A DNA stretch of 64,000 bases from Paraspadella gotoi (Eukaryota > Animalia > Chaetognatha), in NCBI GenBank assembly GCA_051294375.1, contig CM119267.1, forward strand, positions 22,569,486 through 22,633,485, given 5' to 3'. Positions 53,807 through 64,000 of this stretch are shown here, one piece after another. Both the position numbers and the translations under genes were made by a program. The notes beneath the pieces are model-generated. The model worked only from the letters and a program-made list of their open reading frames with translations, had not been told where the DNA came from and ran no database searches. Within the stretch, counting starts at the first letter, position 1, and each line of letters begins with the position of its first letter.

Positions 53807-56800
53807 TTCTCTCTTTTTTTTTTCAATTTTTTTTTCCGTCTTTTTGTAACTTTTTCTACCTACTATGAGGATTTGTCTCTTACTTTTTCTACTATGAGCA
53901 TTTTCCCTTTACTTTATATAGAAATTTGCTCTTCTGTCTGTACCCACTAGATCTTCACTTGCATTGCTTTACACAAAACAGCAAATTTTGTTTGTTTTGG
54001 TCTTAATAAACCAGATGGCTCCACAAACAAAAGAGGTGTTTTTAAACAAAATAGCAATGAAATTTAGTTTTAGTATATCTTTTCTGAAACAAAAGAACCA
54101 GTCCTATTAAATCTTCTTGTATTTTTACCCTATTCTACTAGGGGCTTTACAAAACAGAAGGCTTTTTGTAAGACAAAGGAACATTCAAAAATTTTATCTG
54201 AACCCACTAGATCTTCACTTGCACCTGCTCTTCAACAAAATAGCAAATGTTTTTTTAATTTTTTTAAACTAAATATTTTTTAAAAATAATTTTTTTTTAT
54301 ATTTTTGCAAAACATGAAAATATGCAAAATTATCTGTTTTACTATTTTCTTGTTGCTTGCATTGTGAATGGCCTTCTTTTGCCGCATGCAACATAATCTT
54401 AAAAGTATAATAATAAAACCTTACTATCAAAAAAAATTAATAAAAAGTATTATAATCTAATTTGCATATTGCAGTAAATCATGATTAAATGGAAATTCAA
54501 CCAAAAAATAATTGAATCGATATGAAACAAAGAAAATAAATACACATTTTAACTTCCTCACTGCCTCACTAATGGAACTTGATAACTAGATAGTTGAAAG
54601 TTAAAAAATTATGTAAGTTGAAAAAAATTATGCAAAGTTAAAAAAATTATACCAAATTAAAAAAATTATGCAAGTTTGAAAAAATGATGCAAGTTGAAAA
54701 AAATGATGCAAGTTGAAAAAAAATGATGCAAGTTGAAAAAATGATGCAAGTTGAAAAAATGATGCAAGTTGAAAAATGATGCAAGTTGAAAAAAATGATG
54801 CAAGTTGAAAAATGATGCAAGTTGAAAAAAATGATGCAAGTTGAAAAAATGATGCCAAGTTGAAAAAATGATGCAAGTTGAAAAAGATGCAAGTTGAAAA
54901 AATGATGCAAGTTGAAAAAATGATGCAAGTGGAAAAAATGATGCAAGTGGAAAAAAATGATGCAAGTGGAAAAAAATGATGCAAGTTGAAAAAATGATGC
55001 AAGTTAAAAAATGATGCAAGTTGAAAAAATGATGCAAGTTGAAAAAATGATGCAAGTTGAAAAAATGATGCAAGTGGAAAAAAATGATGCAAGTGGAAAA
55101 AATGATACAAGTGGAAAAAAATGATACAAGTGGAAAAAATGATGCAAGTGGAAAAAATGATGCAAGTGGAAAAATGATGCAAGTTGAAAAAATGATGCAA
55201 GTTGAAAAAATGATGCAAGTTGAAAAAATGATGCAAGTTGAAAAAAATGATGCAAGTTGAAAAAATGATGCAAGTTGAAAAAAATGATAAATACTAAAAA
55301 AATAATGCAAGTTAAAAATTGTTACAAGCTGAAAAATAATACAAGTTAAAAAAATTGATACAAGCTTGAAAAATAATACAAGTTAAAAAAATGAAAAAGT
55401 TAAAAAAAATCATGCAAATTTAAAAAAATATTATTATTGCCGCAGTAACAGTTCAGTTTAAGCCTTTGAAAGCGATTTACATGTATTGGCGCAGCACTGG
55501 TTTCTCTTATAATTATATGACTATGTAGCTATCTCTCTCTCTTTTCCCCAGTGCTGATTCATCGGAAAAAAAATGAGTCTGCAGCTGGTTCTGCAGGGGC
55601 TCTTTCTTTTTCTCTCTTTTCTCCTGCTGCTTCTGCTGCTGCTTTTTGATTTCTTTTTTTTTCTGGTCTCTCTCTCTTTCTCTCTTTCTCTACTCTCTCT
55701 CTTTCTTTCTCCTTTTTTTTTCTTTTGCGTCTGCTGATCAGCTTTATTTGACAATTGAAAAAGGTGTTTTTTTCTCTTTTAGAAACTGTAAGTGCTAACT
55801 TAATTTTCCTCGCGTACTTTATTTCTTCTTTAATTGACAATCGCAAAATTTTCCTTTCTGTTTATAAACTTAATTTTCTTTTCTCAAATTTAATTTTTTT
55901 TAAATTTTAGTATCAAAATTGTTTCTTTCTTTCCTTTCTATTTTCTTCCTTTCTATTCTTTCTTTTCTTTCTATTCTTTGTTTCCTTTCTATTCTTTTCT
56001 TTCCTTTCTATTCTTTCTTTCCGTTCTATTCTTTCTTTATATTTATTCTTTTCTTATTTTTCTTTCTGTTTATAAATTAATTTTCTTTTTCAAATTTGAT
56101 TTTTTTTAGTATCAAAATTTCTGTTGTCAATCCAGATTTTTTTTATGCGATTGTGACGATCCTTATGCTTTTAAGATTTTTTTTCTTTTAGTATTGACCA
56201 ATTTTTTCATACTTAAACCACCATTGGTAAAGTGAATTTTGTCCAGTTTTCATTGCATAATTTTTATTTAAAAGAAATTAAAAGGAAGGTTGAGCAGAAA
56301 AAAAATGATTTTTCCTAATATCTTTTGAAGGGAACAAAGCATAAAGGCGATGGTAAATTTGGCAATAGTATCAAATGAGCCATAATCTAGGGCAATACAG
56401 ACTAGAAATTCAACCTAGAGTAGCAAAATTATAATATTTAACATGATAAAATAATAAATTAACTTTTTAATGATTCTGAAAGAAAAAGGCTAAATTGTAA
56501 ACTAGTAAAAATTTAGTTTTTTGGATAAAAAAATTTTTTTTTTCAATGAAATATTTACTTGTCTGATTTTATAAGCATGCTTACAAAATTCTACAAAATA
56601 TTTTTCGCCCCCGTCACAGCCTAAGTATTTACCTTTTTTTCCCACCAGCAAAAGTACAACATGTATTTTATGTAGAGAACAGGGATGTTTACTGAAAGGA
56701 GCTGGCATGACGTTCAAACCTTCTTCACTTTGATGTTATTTTCAATAATAAATTGGCGAATTTTTTTAATTATTTAGCTCTCACAGGCTTCACAAAGACA

Positions 56801-57737
56801 TTACATTTTCATAATATCCTAATGTTAATGTAATTCATTATATTTTTTTATGAAGGAAAAAAAAACTAGTGGAAGAAAAATTTAGACGTGGGTACCATGC
56901 TTCAATCAAAAATTGTTAAATTTCTTAATTATACTTTCATATTTTTTAAATTTTAAAATCAAATTAAAATAAGCTCGATAAAAACCTATCTACACAAAGT
57001 ATAATTTTTTTAAATGTTTTTTTTTAAGGAGGTTAAAAATAAGAAAAACATGACAAATAATCTATACTAATTATATTCTTGTTTAACATTTATTTTCTAT
57101 CAGAATCCATCAAAAAAATTTAAAATTAATTTTTTTCTATATAGTAAATAATAATTTTAATTAGTAGTACCCTCAGAAGAAAGCATTTTTGACAAATATA
57201 TTTTAAACACTATAATCTATGCTCATATAGCATTTAAATTTCATCGGCTATTGGGTAATACAAATTCAATATCTTTCATCTAACCCGGATATGGATGCGC
57301 ACGAAAATTTCGACAAAAAGGAGAAAATACAGCAGACAAAGAAAGGCTATAGTACATGTGGCGTCTGTATTAATCAGTGGCCGTACAAAGCGAACACCCT
57401 TCTTCCGACTGAACCTTAAGGAAATGACCTAAAAAAAATTGCGGAAATAACTGTCATTAAAGCAAATATTAATGTATTAATATCAAAAATATATAATATT
57501 GCAAAAAGGCCGTGATGAACGTTTCCTAAACTAACCAACATGTGGGTGCGCGAGCCAAACCACGACTTTCAATCATGGCGGTCAACGCTAAGGAAGACGC
57601 CGATGCCAGTATGAGTCGGATCAAAGATTCTGTCGCTTCCGTCACGAAGGCGACGATAGCAGCCGACATTTTTGTCAAATTCAGTCCCCGATCCTAATAG
57701 CATCCAAAGATTGCGCCGAATTTCGGGCAGACAATTA
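38749..57737 (-). CDS. 6TM cyclic-nucleotide-binding-domain ion channel (KCNH/HCN/CNGK superfamily), 5'-incomplete; exons 57737-57536, 57408-57285, 48584-48229, 48007-47777, 47255-47129, 44322-44007, 39550-39400, 38876-38749
   Basis: Phase-consistent splicing from 48584 to the stop. Pre-S1 'IFDP', S2 'VEIFVRIHSG|YFDQ', 'VWRHYV', pore 'SATFTGYGEVTPVTMIER', C-linker 'FNRKMEDVKQ...R|YMRF...LPFSLRQEV', CNBD 'FHLPGDVIL...LYVYKGEVDL'. The first two exons carry indels, and the start codon was not found. Confidence 0.85.
40566..40935 (+). repeat. (GAAA)n-rich tract punctuated by three copies of 'gccgacttcgcagatttacatc'
   Basis: Motif at ~40569, ~40760 (degenerate) and ~40914. Confidence 0.7.
41850..42050 (+). 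repeat. ~22-bp tandem repeat (tgatgcgatgataaccaaa.at), about 8-9 degenerate copies
   Basis: Directly visible; its right end is shared with ~27150-27205. Confidence 0.75.
43218..43395 (+). mobile_element. tRNA-derived SINE-like repeat (tRNA-like head 43247-43323)
   Basis: Acceptor-like stem gcggcca/tggtcgc, A-box-like tggtgcagaaag, B-box ggttctagccc, anticodon region ct-ccc-aa (Gly-like) with a small duplication. A second copy lies at 23294-23550. Confidence 0.7.
46386..47005. mobile_element. MITE with terminal inverted repeats; partial second copy at ~47420-47680
   Basis: Left end agtaaggcatagtaaaa; right end ttttactacgccttact; long internal palindromic AT-rich body. Confidence 0.65.
49328..55500 (+). 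mobile_element. ~6.2-kb Helentron/HINE-like composite insertion in a channel intron
   Basis: Absent from the second copy (59755-59760 joins the flanks at a T-run). Sub-terminal IRs tgtaaatcgctt (49328-49339) and aagcgatttaca (55470-55481), an adjacent 5' IR partner agcgatttac (49341-49350), a short degenerate 3' hairpin, no TSD. Confidence 0.65.
54600..55420 (+). repeat. 17-19-bp minisatellite (AAAAAATGATGCAAGTTG), roughly 35 well-conserved units plus degenerate edges
   Basis: Directly visible; a degenerate inverted copy lies at 52205-52430. Confidence 0.95.
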
Positions 57738-58199
57738 CTATAGTTGGACGAAATACTTCATTTAAAATAGGGAGTGCCCCACTCAATGGGGTGAGTCAAA
57801 AATTAGAATAATTACATGCTCAAACGAAAAATTTATACATTTAGCTCATAAAAAGTTGCTCTACACAAAGTATAATTCTTTTTTTAAATATTTTCATGAT
57901 AAGTGAGCTCAAAATAAGAAAACCGTAAAAAATCATCATCATCATCATCTTTCGATGATTTTATCATTTTTTTAATATTTTCACACACACTTTTTTATGC
58001 TCTATCAAGAATCCATCAAAAATTTTAGAGCATTTCATAAACACATATAACTACTGCCTTATATATTAAAAAACTAATATTTAATGTATTAAACACAGAC
58101 GTATATTGTGAAATTTTTTTGGGGAAAATTGATTGCTTAAATATTTAGTCAAGACAACTAAAAATACTTTGCCTAATAGTGAAATTTAATACTCTAGTC

Positions 58200-59079
58200 G
58201 CATTTAACACCTGAAGTTGATGTATAACCAATTCTGCCGAGATAAGGCGAACGTGTGTCAACAACTCTAATTCTAGAATAGCCCGACGAGATACATACTT
58301 TCCAAGGCAACAAGTTCGTCAAGGTCTGTTCTCAAACGAAGTGTATCCATTGCTGAGAGGTTTAGCTGGGTTGTTCGGGTAGCAAAAGAAAAAGTGCATT
58401 GCTTGCCGGTGACTAATAAGGGTGCCTCGCCAAATATCAAGGGTTACAGGGTTCAAGTTTTTTTGTGCGCATACCAAGAGCCCGGCCTAAGAGCGATAAG
58501 ATTAATATATTTGCCTATGGTAATGGGGTGTGGACAATTCTGTCGATTCTCAAAATCTACGGTAACTGAACTGACTCTCGCGACGGTGCGAGTCTGTCAT
58601 GAAGAATGTAAAACGACAAACCATGATCTGTATAGGCGATCTTGATTGCGCCTTTCATTGTTTCCTTGCCTCTAAGATGGAACCAAAACAACTAAAACTT
58701 TAGAAGTCATTCTAAATTTCCACCTATCTTGAATTTCTTTACCCTAGGTTTGATATCATTAAATTCCTTCCCTCGACTAAGTGAAGCACTACTCTCCACC
58801 GAGTAGAGTCGAATCCTTGTAGAAGATATCTCCTCTAGGAGTTATAGCTGAGATGTCCTATACATTCGTGCTACTACTTTTTAAGTATCAGCCTCTATCT
58901 CGTAAAAATATTTGCTCAAACATGTAAGATCTTTTGAAACCATATCTTCAATATCAGTATAAGATATTATTTTTCCATAATATAGTGACTCGGCAATGTT
59001 CTCCGCGCCTCCTGCTTAAAATATGAGTTCTAAGAGATCCATTTTAAAATCTAGTTGCAAGTTTGGGTATACAAGTATA
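58200..59079 (-). mobile_element. Possible degenerate non-LTR retrotransposon (L1/Tx1-like ORF2 3' end)
   Basis: Frameshifted minus-strand fragments 'SFYILHDRLA', 'NCPH', 'LIFGE', 'CTFLL', 'LDELVA' resemble L1/Tx1 ORF2 C-termini. No RT core is visible. Confidence 0.3.
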
Positions 59080-60217
59080 NNNNNNNNNNNNNNNNNNNNN
59101 NNNNCTGTCATCATGAATACCTACTAAATCTTGATTTAGAACAGGGTGGTCAAAAACTTTTAAAAAAATTCAACATTTTTCTAATAGAGATTTCCGTTCA
59201 AATCTGACTGCCCAACTTTACAAACGACATTGGGAGAAATTCCGGTAGAAAACAGTTGTAAAAACGCACGATTCCGATAGCGTTGCATCTCAAGAGGTCG
59301 ACTTTTTGTTCTTGTAGCATTTGATAAAAAATTTACTATCAAACAAACGAGGAGAAATGGACCACTCATCTCCGGAGGATATTCTAACCTCGTTTTTACT
59401 ATAGGAATGAAAGTGAAATTTCACTTTTTTAAAATTACAAATGTTACTTCAAATTATGAGATCCCAAAACCCTCGTGTCCCTAGAGCTCGACTTTTTTTT
59501 GCTGTTATGTGGTGTTATGTGGTGTTGCACATAAGTGGCGTCGTCGTCTTTGTTGTCGTCGTCGGCGTTCCAAATTATTGATCGCCTTTTTGATGATTAA
59601 ATTTTAGTGTATGAAGCTGAAAATTTATATACAGCTTCTCATCATCAATGTCCTTAAAATTGGGCCAGGACAGTTATTAAATATGTCTTGTTTACGTTTT
59701 ATTAAAACAAACAAATATCCTCTATTTTATTTTTATGTCTCCTTCTCTCTCTCTTTTCTCTTATAATTATATGACTATGTAGCTATCTCTCTCTCTTTTC
59801 CCCAGTGCTGATTCATCGGAAAAAAAATGAGTCTGCAGCTGGTTCTGCAGGGGCTCTTTCTTTTTCTCTCTTTTCTCCTGCTGCTTCTGCTGCTGCTTTT
59901 TGATTTCTTTTTTTTTTTTCTGTCTCTCTCTCTTTCTCTCTTTCTCTCTCTCTCTCTTTCTTTCTCTTTTTTTTTCTTTGCGTCTGCTGATCAGTTTATT
60001 TGACAATGAAAAAGGTGTTTTTTTTCTTTTAGAAACTGTAAGTGTAACTTTAATTTTCCTCGGTACTTTATTATTTTTTTAATTGACAATCGCAAAATTT
60101 TTCTTTCTGTTTATAAATTAATTTTCTTTTCTCAAATTTAATTTTTTAAATTTTAGTATCTGATTTGAAAATGAAACAAAGTCTTGTACAGCAAACGATT
60201 TATATTTTATTTATTGT

Positions 60218-60262
60218 TACAGGAAAAAGTTCGGCTTTTCATTCAAGCTTCATCAGTTGCTT
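60218..60262 (-). ncRNA. Degenerate hammerhead ribozyme (left inverted arm)
   Basis: Minus strand reads gcaa CUGAUGA agcuugaaugaaaagcc GAAC uuuuuc cugu. The core has indels relative to the right-arm copy, possibly sequencing error. Confidence 0.6.
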
Positions 60263-61406
60263 TGACAATTTCACAGTTTTCATGTTTTTCCAAATTAACT
60301 TGGAAGAGAGAGAGAGAGAGAGGATGAGAGAGAGAGAAAAGAGAGAGAAGAAATGGCCAACAAAGATAGAGACAGGACAGTGTGGTGAAATTGTGAGGAC
60401 AGGTTTTAAGTTAGTAGAGAGAGAGAGAGAGAATGTGAGGAAAAGAAATTAAAAATTTGTGAGATGAGGAGAGAGAGACAGAGAAGCAGAGGTTAATCAT
60501 TGGTAAGAGAAGTTACTATTAGAAAATGTACCCAACAATGTTATAAATTTTAATAAATAAGGACAGACTTAAACAAACTAAAAATATTTAAATTAATCAG
60601 ATAAATAATTAATAAAGGAGTGAGTTTAGATGGAAATTGAAATAAAGATGTTGAGGATAGGTTAGTGAAAGAAGTAGAGAGGAAAAAAATAAGAAAAAAA
60701 AAACGCTCAAAATGAGCGGCCCCCCCCGGGTCAACAATGGGGGATGCTGACGATTGTGGTCGGTCATTGGTTTGTCATAGCTGAGAGGCTATTGTGGGTG
60801 GAGTGCGAACATTGGACGGGTCCGGTAGAGACCCAGGCGGAAAGAGCCAAGTGGCACTCGGAATAATATCTCCAGCCTGATAAACCTGCCGACGCCCTCG
60901 TCTCGCCTTGGCGAGGGGGCGGTGTGTCTGATTTTTCGAGTTTTTGCAACGGTTTGAGCTCATTTTGAGCTTTCTTTTATCTTTTTTTTTCTTACTCTTT
61001 CACTTACCTTATTCCCTCAAACATCTATTCATTTTCATCTTAAACTTCCACTCCTTTATTAAGTATATTTATTCTGAATTAATTAAATATTTTAGTTTGT
61101 TAAGTTCTGTCTATTTATTTAAATTTATCATTGTTGTTATCATTTTCTAATTTGAACTCTTCTTACCAAATGTTAAACCTCTGCTTTTCTCGTGTCCTCT
61201 CTCCCTCATCTTCACAAAATTAATTTCTTTTTCCCTCACCATTCCTCTCTCTCTCTCTACTAAACTTAAAACCCGTTCTCACATTTCACCACTGTCCTGT
61301 CTCATATCTTTGTTGCCATTTCTTCTCTCTATTCTCTCTCTCCTCTCTCTCTCTCTTCTCTCTTCCAAAAGTTTAATTTGGGAAAACATGAAAAAACTGG
61401 AATTGT

Positions 61407-61452
61407 CAAGCACTGATGAAGGCTTGAATGGAAAAGCCGAAACTTGTCTTGT
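61407..61452 (+). ncRNA. Minimal type-I hammerhead ribozyme (right arm)
   Basis: CUGAUGA (61413-61419) a ggcuu gaauggaa aagcc GAAAC (61439-61443) UU GUC uugu. Confidence 0.8.
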
Positions 61453-64000
61453 ACAATAAAATAAAATCGTTGCTGTAACAGGACTTTGTTTCCTTCAATT
61501 TTCAATTACCTAAAACAAAACGAAGAAAAGTTTCAATTCACAATTTTTAGTATCAAAATTGTTCTTTCTTTCCTTTCTATTCTTTCTTTCCTTTCTATTC
61601 TTTCTTTTCTTTCTATTCTTTGTTTCCTTTCTATTCTTCTTTTCCTTTCTATTTCTTCTTTCCGTTCTATTCTTTCTTTATATTTATTCTTTTCTTATTT
61701 TTCTTTCTGTTTATAAATTAATTTTCTTTTTCAAATTTGAATTTTTTTTAGTAGTTCAAAATTTGTTGTCAATCCAGATTTTTTTATGCGATTGTGACGA
61801 TCCTTATGCTTTTAAGATTTTTTCTTTTTAGTATTGACCAATTTTTTCATATTAAACCACCTGGTAAAGTGAATTTGTCTATTTCATTGCATAATTTTTA
61901 TTTAAAAAGAAATTAAAAGAAAGGTTGAGAGAAAAAAATGATTTTTTTCTAATATCTTTTTTGAAGGAACAAAGATAAAGGGGGATGAAATTGGCAATAG
62001 TATCAAAATGAAGCCATAATCTTAGGGCACATACAAATACAATTTTAGATATTTTTGCTGAAACCTTTACAGAGTGAGTGTCAAATTATAATTAATTTTA
62101 AAACTAATGATACCCCATAAAAATAAATGAAAATTAAATTTTCTTTTAATGATTCTGAAAGAAAAAAGGCTAAATTGTAAACTAGTAAAAATTTAGTTTT
62201 TGGATAAAGAAAATTTTTTTTTCAATTAAATATTTACTTGTCTGATTTTATAAGCATGCTTACAAAATTCTACAAAATATTTTTCGCCCCGTCACAGCCT
62301 AAGTATTTACCTTTTTTTTCCACCAGCAAAAAGTAAACATTATTTTATGTTAGAGAACAGGGATGTTTACTGAAAGGAGCTGGATGACGTTCAACTCTTC
62401 ACTTTGATGTTATTTTCAATAATAAATTGGCGAATTTTTTAATTATTTAGCTCTCACAGGCTTCAAAAGACATTACATTTTCATAATATCCCAATGTTAA
62501 TGTAATTCATTATATTTTTTTATGAAGGAAAAAAAACTAGTGGAAAAAAAAATTAGAGTGGGTACATGCTCAATCAAAAAATGTTAAATTCTTAATTATA
62601 CTTTCATATTTTTTTAAATTTTAAAATCAAATTAAAATAGCTGATAAAAACCTGTCTACACAAAAATAATTTTTTTAAAATGTTTTTATTTTAAGGAGGT
62701 TAAAAATAAGAAAAACTACAAAATAATTATACTAATTATATTTCTTGTTAACATTTTATTTTCTATCAGAATCCATCAAAAAAAAATTTAAAATTAATTT
62801 TTTTTTCTATATAGTAATATAATAATTTTAATTAGTAGTAACCCTCAGAAGAAAGCATTTTGACAAAAATATATTTTAACACTAAATAGCATTTAAATTT
62901 CATCGGCTATGGGTAATACAAATTCAATATCTTTCATCTAACCCGGAATGGATGCGCACGAAAATTTCGACAAAAAGGAGAAAATACAGCAGACAAAGAA
63001 AGGTATAGTAAGTGGCGTCTGTATAATCAGTGGCCGTAAAGCGAACACCCTTCTTCCGACTGAAACCTAAGGAAATGACCTTAAAAAAATTGGGAAATAA
63101 CTGTCATTAAAGCAAATATTAATGTATTAATATCAAAATATTAATATTGCAAAAAGCCGATGAACGTTTCCTAAACTAACCAACATGTGGGTGGCGAGCC
63201 AAACCACGACTTTAATCATGGCGGTCAACGTAAGGAAGACGCCGATGCCAGTATGAGTCGGATCAAAGATTCTTCGTTCCGTCACGAAGCGACGATAGCA
63301 GCCGACATTTTTGTCAAATTCAGTCCCCGATCCTAATAGCATCCAAAGATTGCGCGATTTCCGGGCAGAAATTCTATTAGTTGGACGAAATACTTCATTT
63401 AAAATAGGGGTAGCCCCACTCAATGGGGTGAGTCAAAAATTTATAATAATTACATGCTCAAACGAAATTTTATACATTTAGCTCATAAAAAGTTGTCTAC
63501 ACAAAGTATAATTCTTTTTTAAATATTTTCATGATAAGTGAGTCAAAAATAAGAAAAACCGTAAAAATTCATCATCATCTTTCGATGATTTTATCATTTT
63601 TTTAATATTTTCACACACACTTTTTATGCTCTATCAGAATCCATCAAAAAATTTTAAGATTTCCAAAAAAAAAATTTTATAATGTAAAAAACTAATATTT
63701 AATGTATTAAACAAGACGTATAATGTAAATTTTTTTGGAAAATGATTGCTTAAATATTTAGTCAAGACAACTAAAAATACTTTGCTAATAGTCGAAATTT
63801 TATATTATCTCTGGAGTTGGTCCCTATTTAAACGACCTTTGGAATGTATTTGATTAAAAACAAAGATCGTGATTCCATAACGAATCGTTCAGCACACCTA
63901 ACTTGAATGCGAAGAAAATTAAAAATAGGCGCAGAACTTATTCCAAGACGCCATTGCAACAAGTTTAGCTGGTTCTTTGGTAGCAAAAGAAAAGTGCATT

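Larger units (their letters stand above)
60161..61544 (+). mobile_element. 1.38-kb non-autonomous Penelope-like insertion with inverted ~550-bp pLTR arms, each carrying a hammerhead; 10-bp TSD
   Basis: Arms ~60165-60716 and ~60958-61505 are reverse complements around a ~240-bp GC-rich core. ttttagtatc at 60151-60160 and 61545-61554; empty site at 55905-55914. Confidence 0.85.
59105..64000 (+). repeat. Second copy (alternative haplotype or false duplication) of the channel 5' region after the N-gap at 59080-59104
   Basis: 59105-59755 is near-identical to ~48677-49327. 59760-64000 is colinear with 55505-58400, including duplicate S2 (63059-62943) and S1 (~63377-63181) exons. Confidence 0.9.

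Noticed and set aside
54600-55420. 200-aa ORFs and a CRISPR-like regular array
   Set aside because: Head-to-tail 17-19-bp units with no unique spacers; the ORFs are translations of a minisatellite.

Overview
AT-rich animal (non-vertebrate-looking) genomic DNA with many (AG)n, (GAC)n, (GAT)n and (AAT)n microsatellites. It comes from an error-prone long-read assembly: repeats carry many homopolymer indels, and each of two N-gaps is followed by a re-assembled copy of upstream sequence. Contents in order: a frameshifted Ty3/Gypsy LTR retrotransposon (minus, 1-7811); an 8-exon SLC16/MCT-like MFS transporter (+, 16780-20732); a SINE-disrupted terminal exon of a 4CL/luciferase-like acyl-CoA synthetase (minus, ~23.2-23.6 kb); a 5-exon class-2 DYRK-like kinase (+, 31703-35097); and a 6TM CNBD-type ion channel (minus, 38749 to at least 57737). 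The kinase lacks the activation-loop second Tyr and has a 9-Cys insert. The channel has an arginine-free S4 and a degenerate phosphate-binding cassette. The most striking signal is a family of non-autonomous, hammerhead-ribozyme-bearing, Penelope-like pLTR insertions with clear target-site duplications: a 110-bp one, a 127-bp one with an inverted 5' end, and a 1.38-kb one with two inverted ribozyme-bearing arms that is absent from the alternative copy of the same intron. A 6.2-kb Helentron/HINE-like insertion shows the reciprocal presence/absence pattern. All calls are by eye, without database searches.
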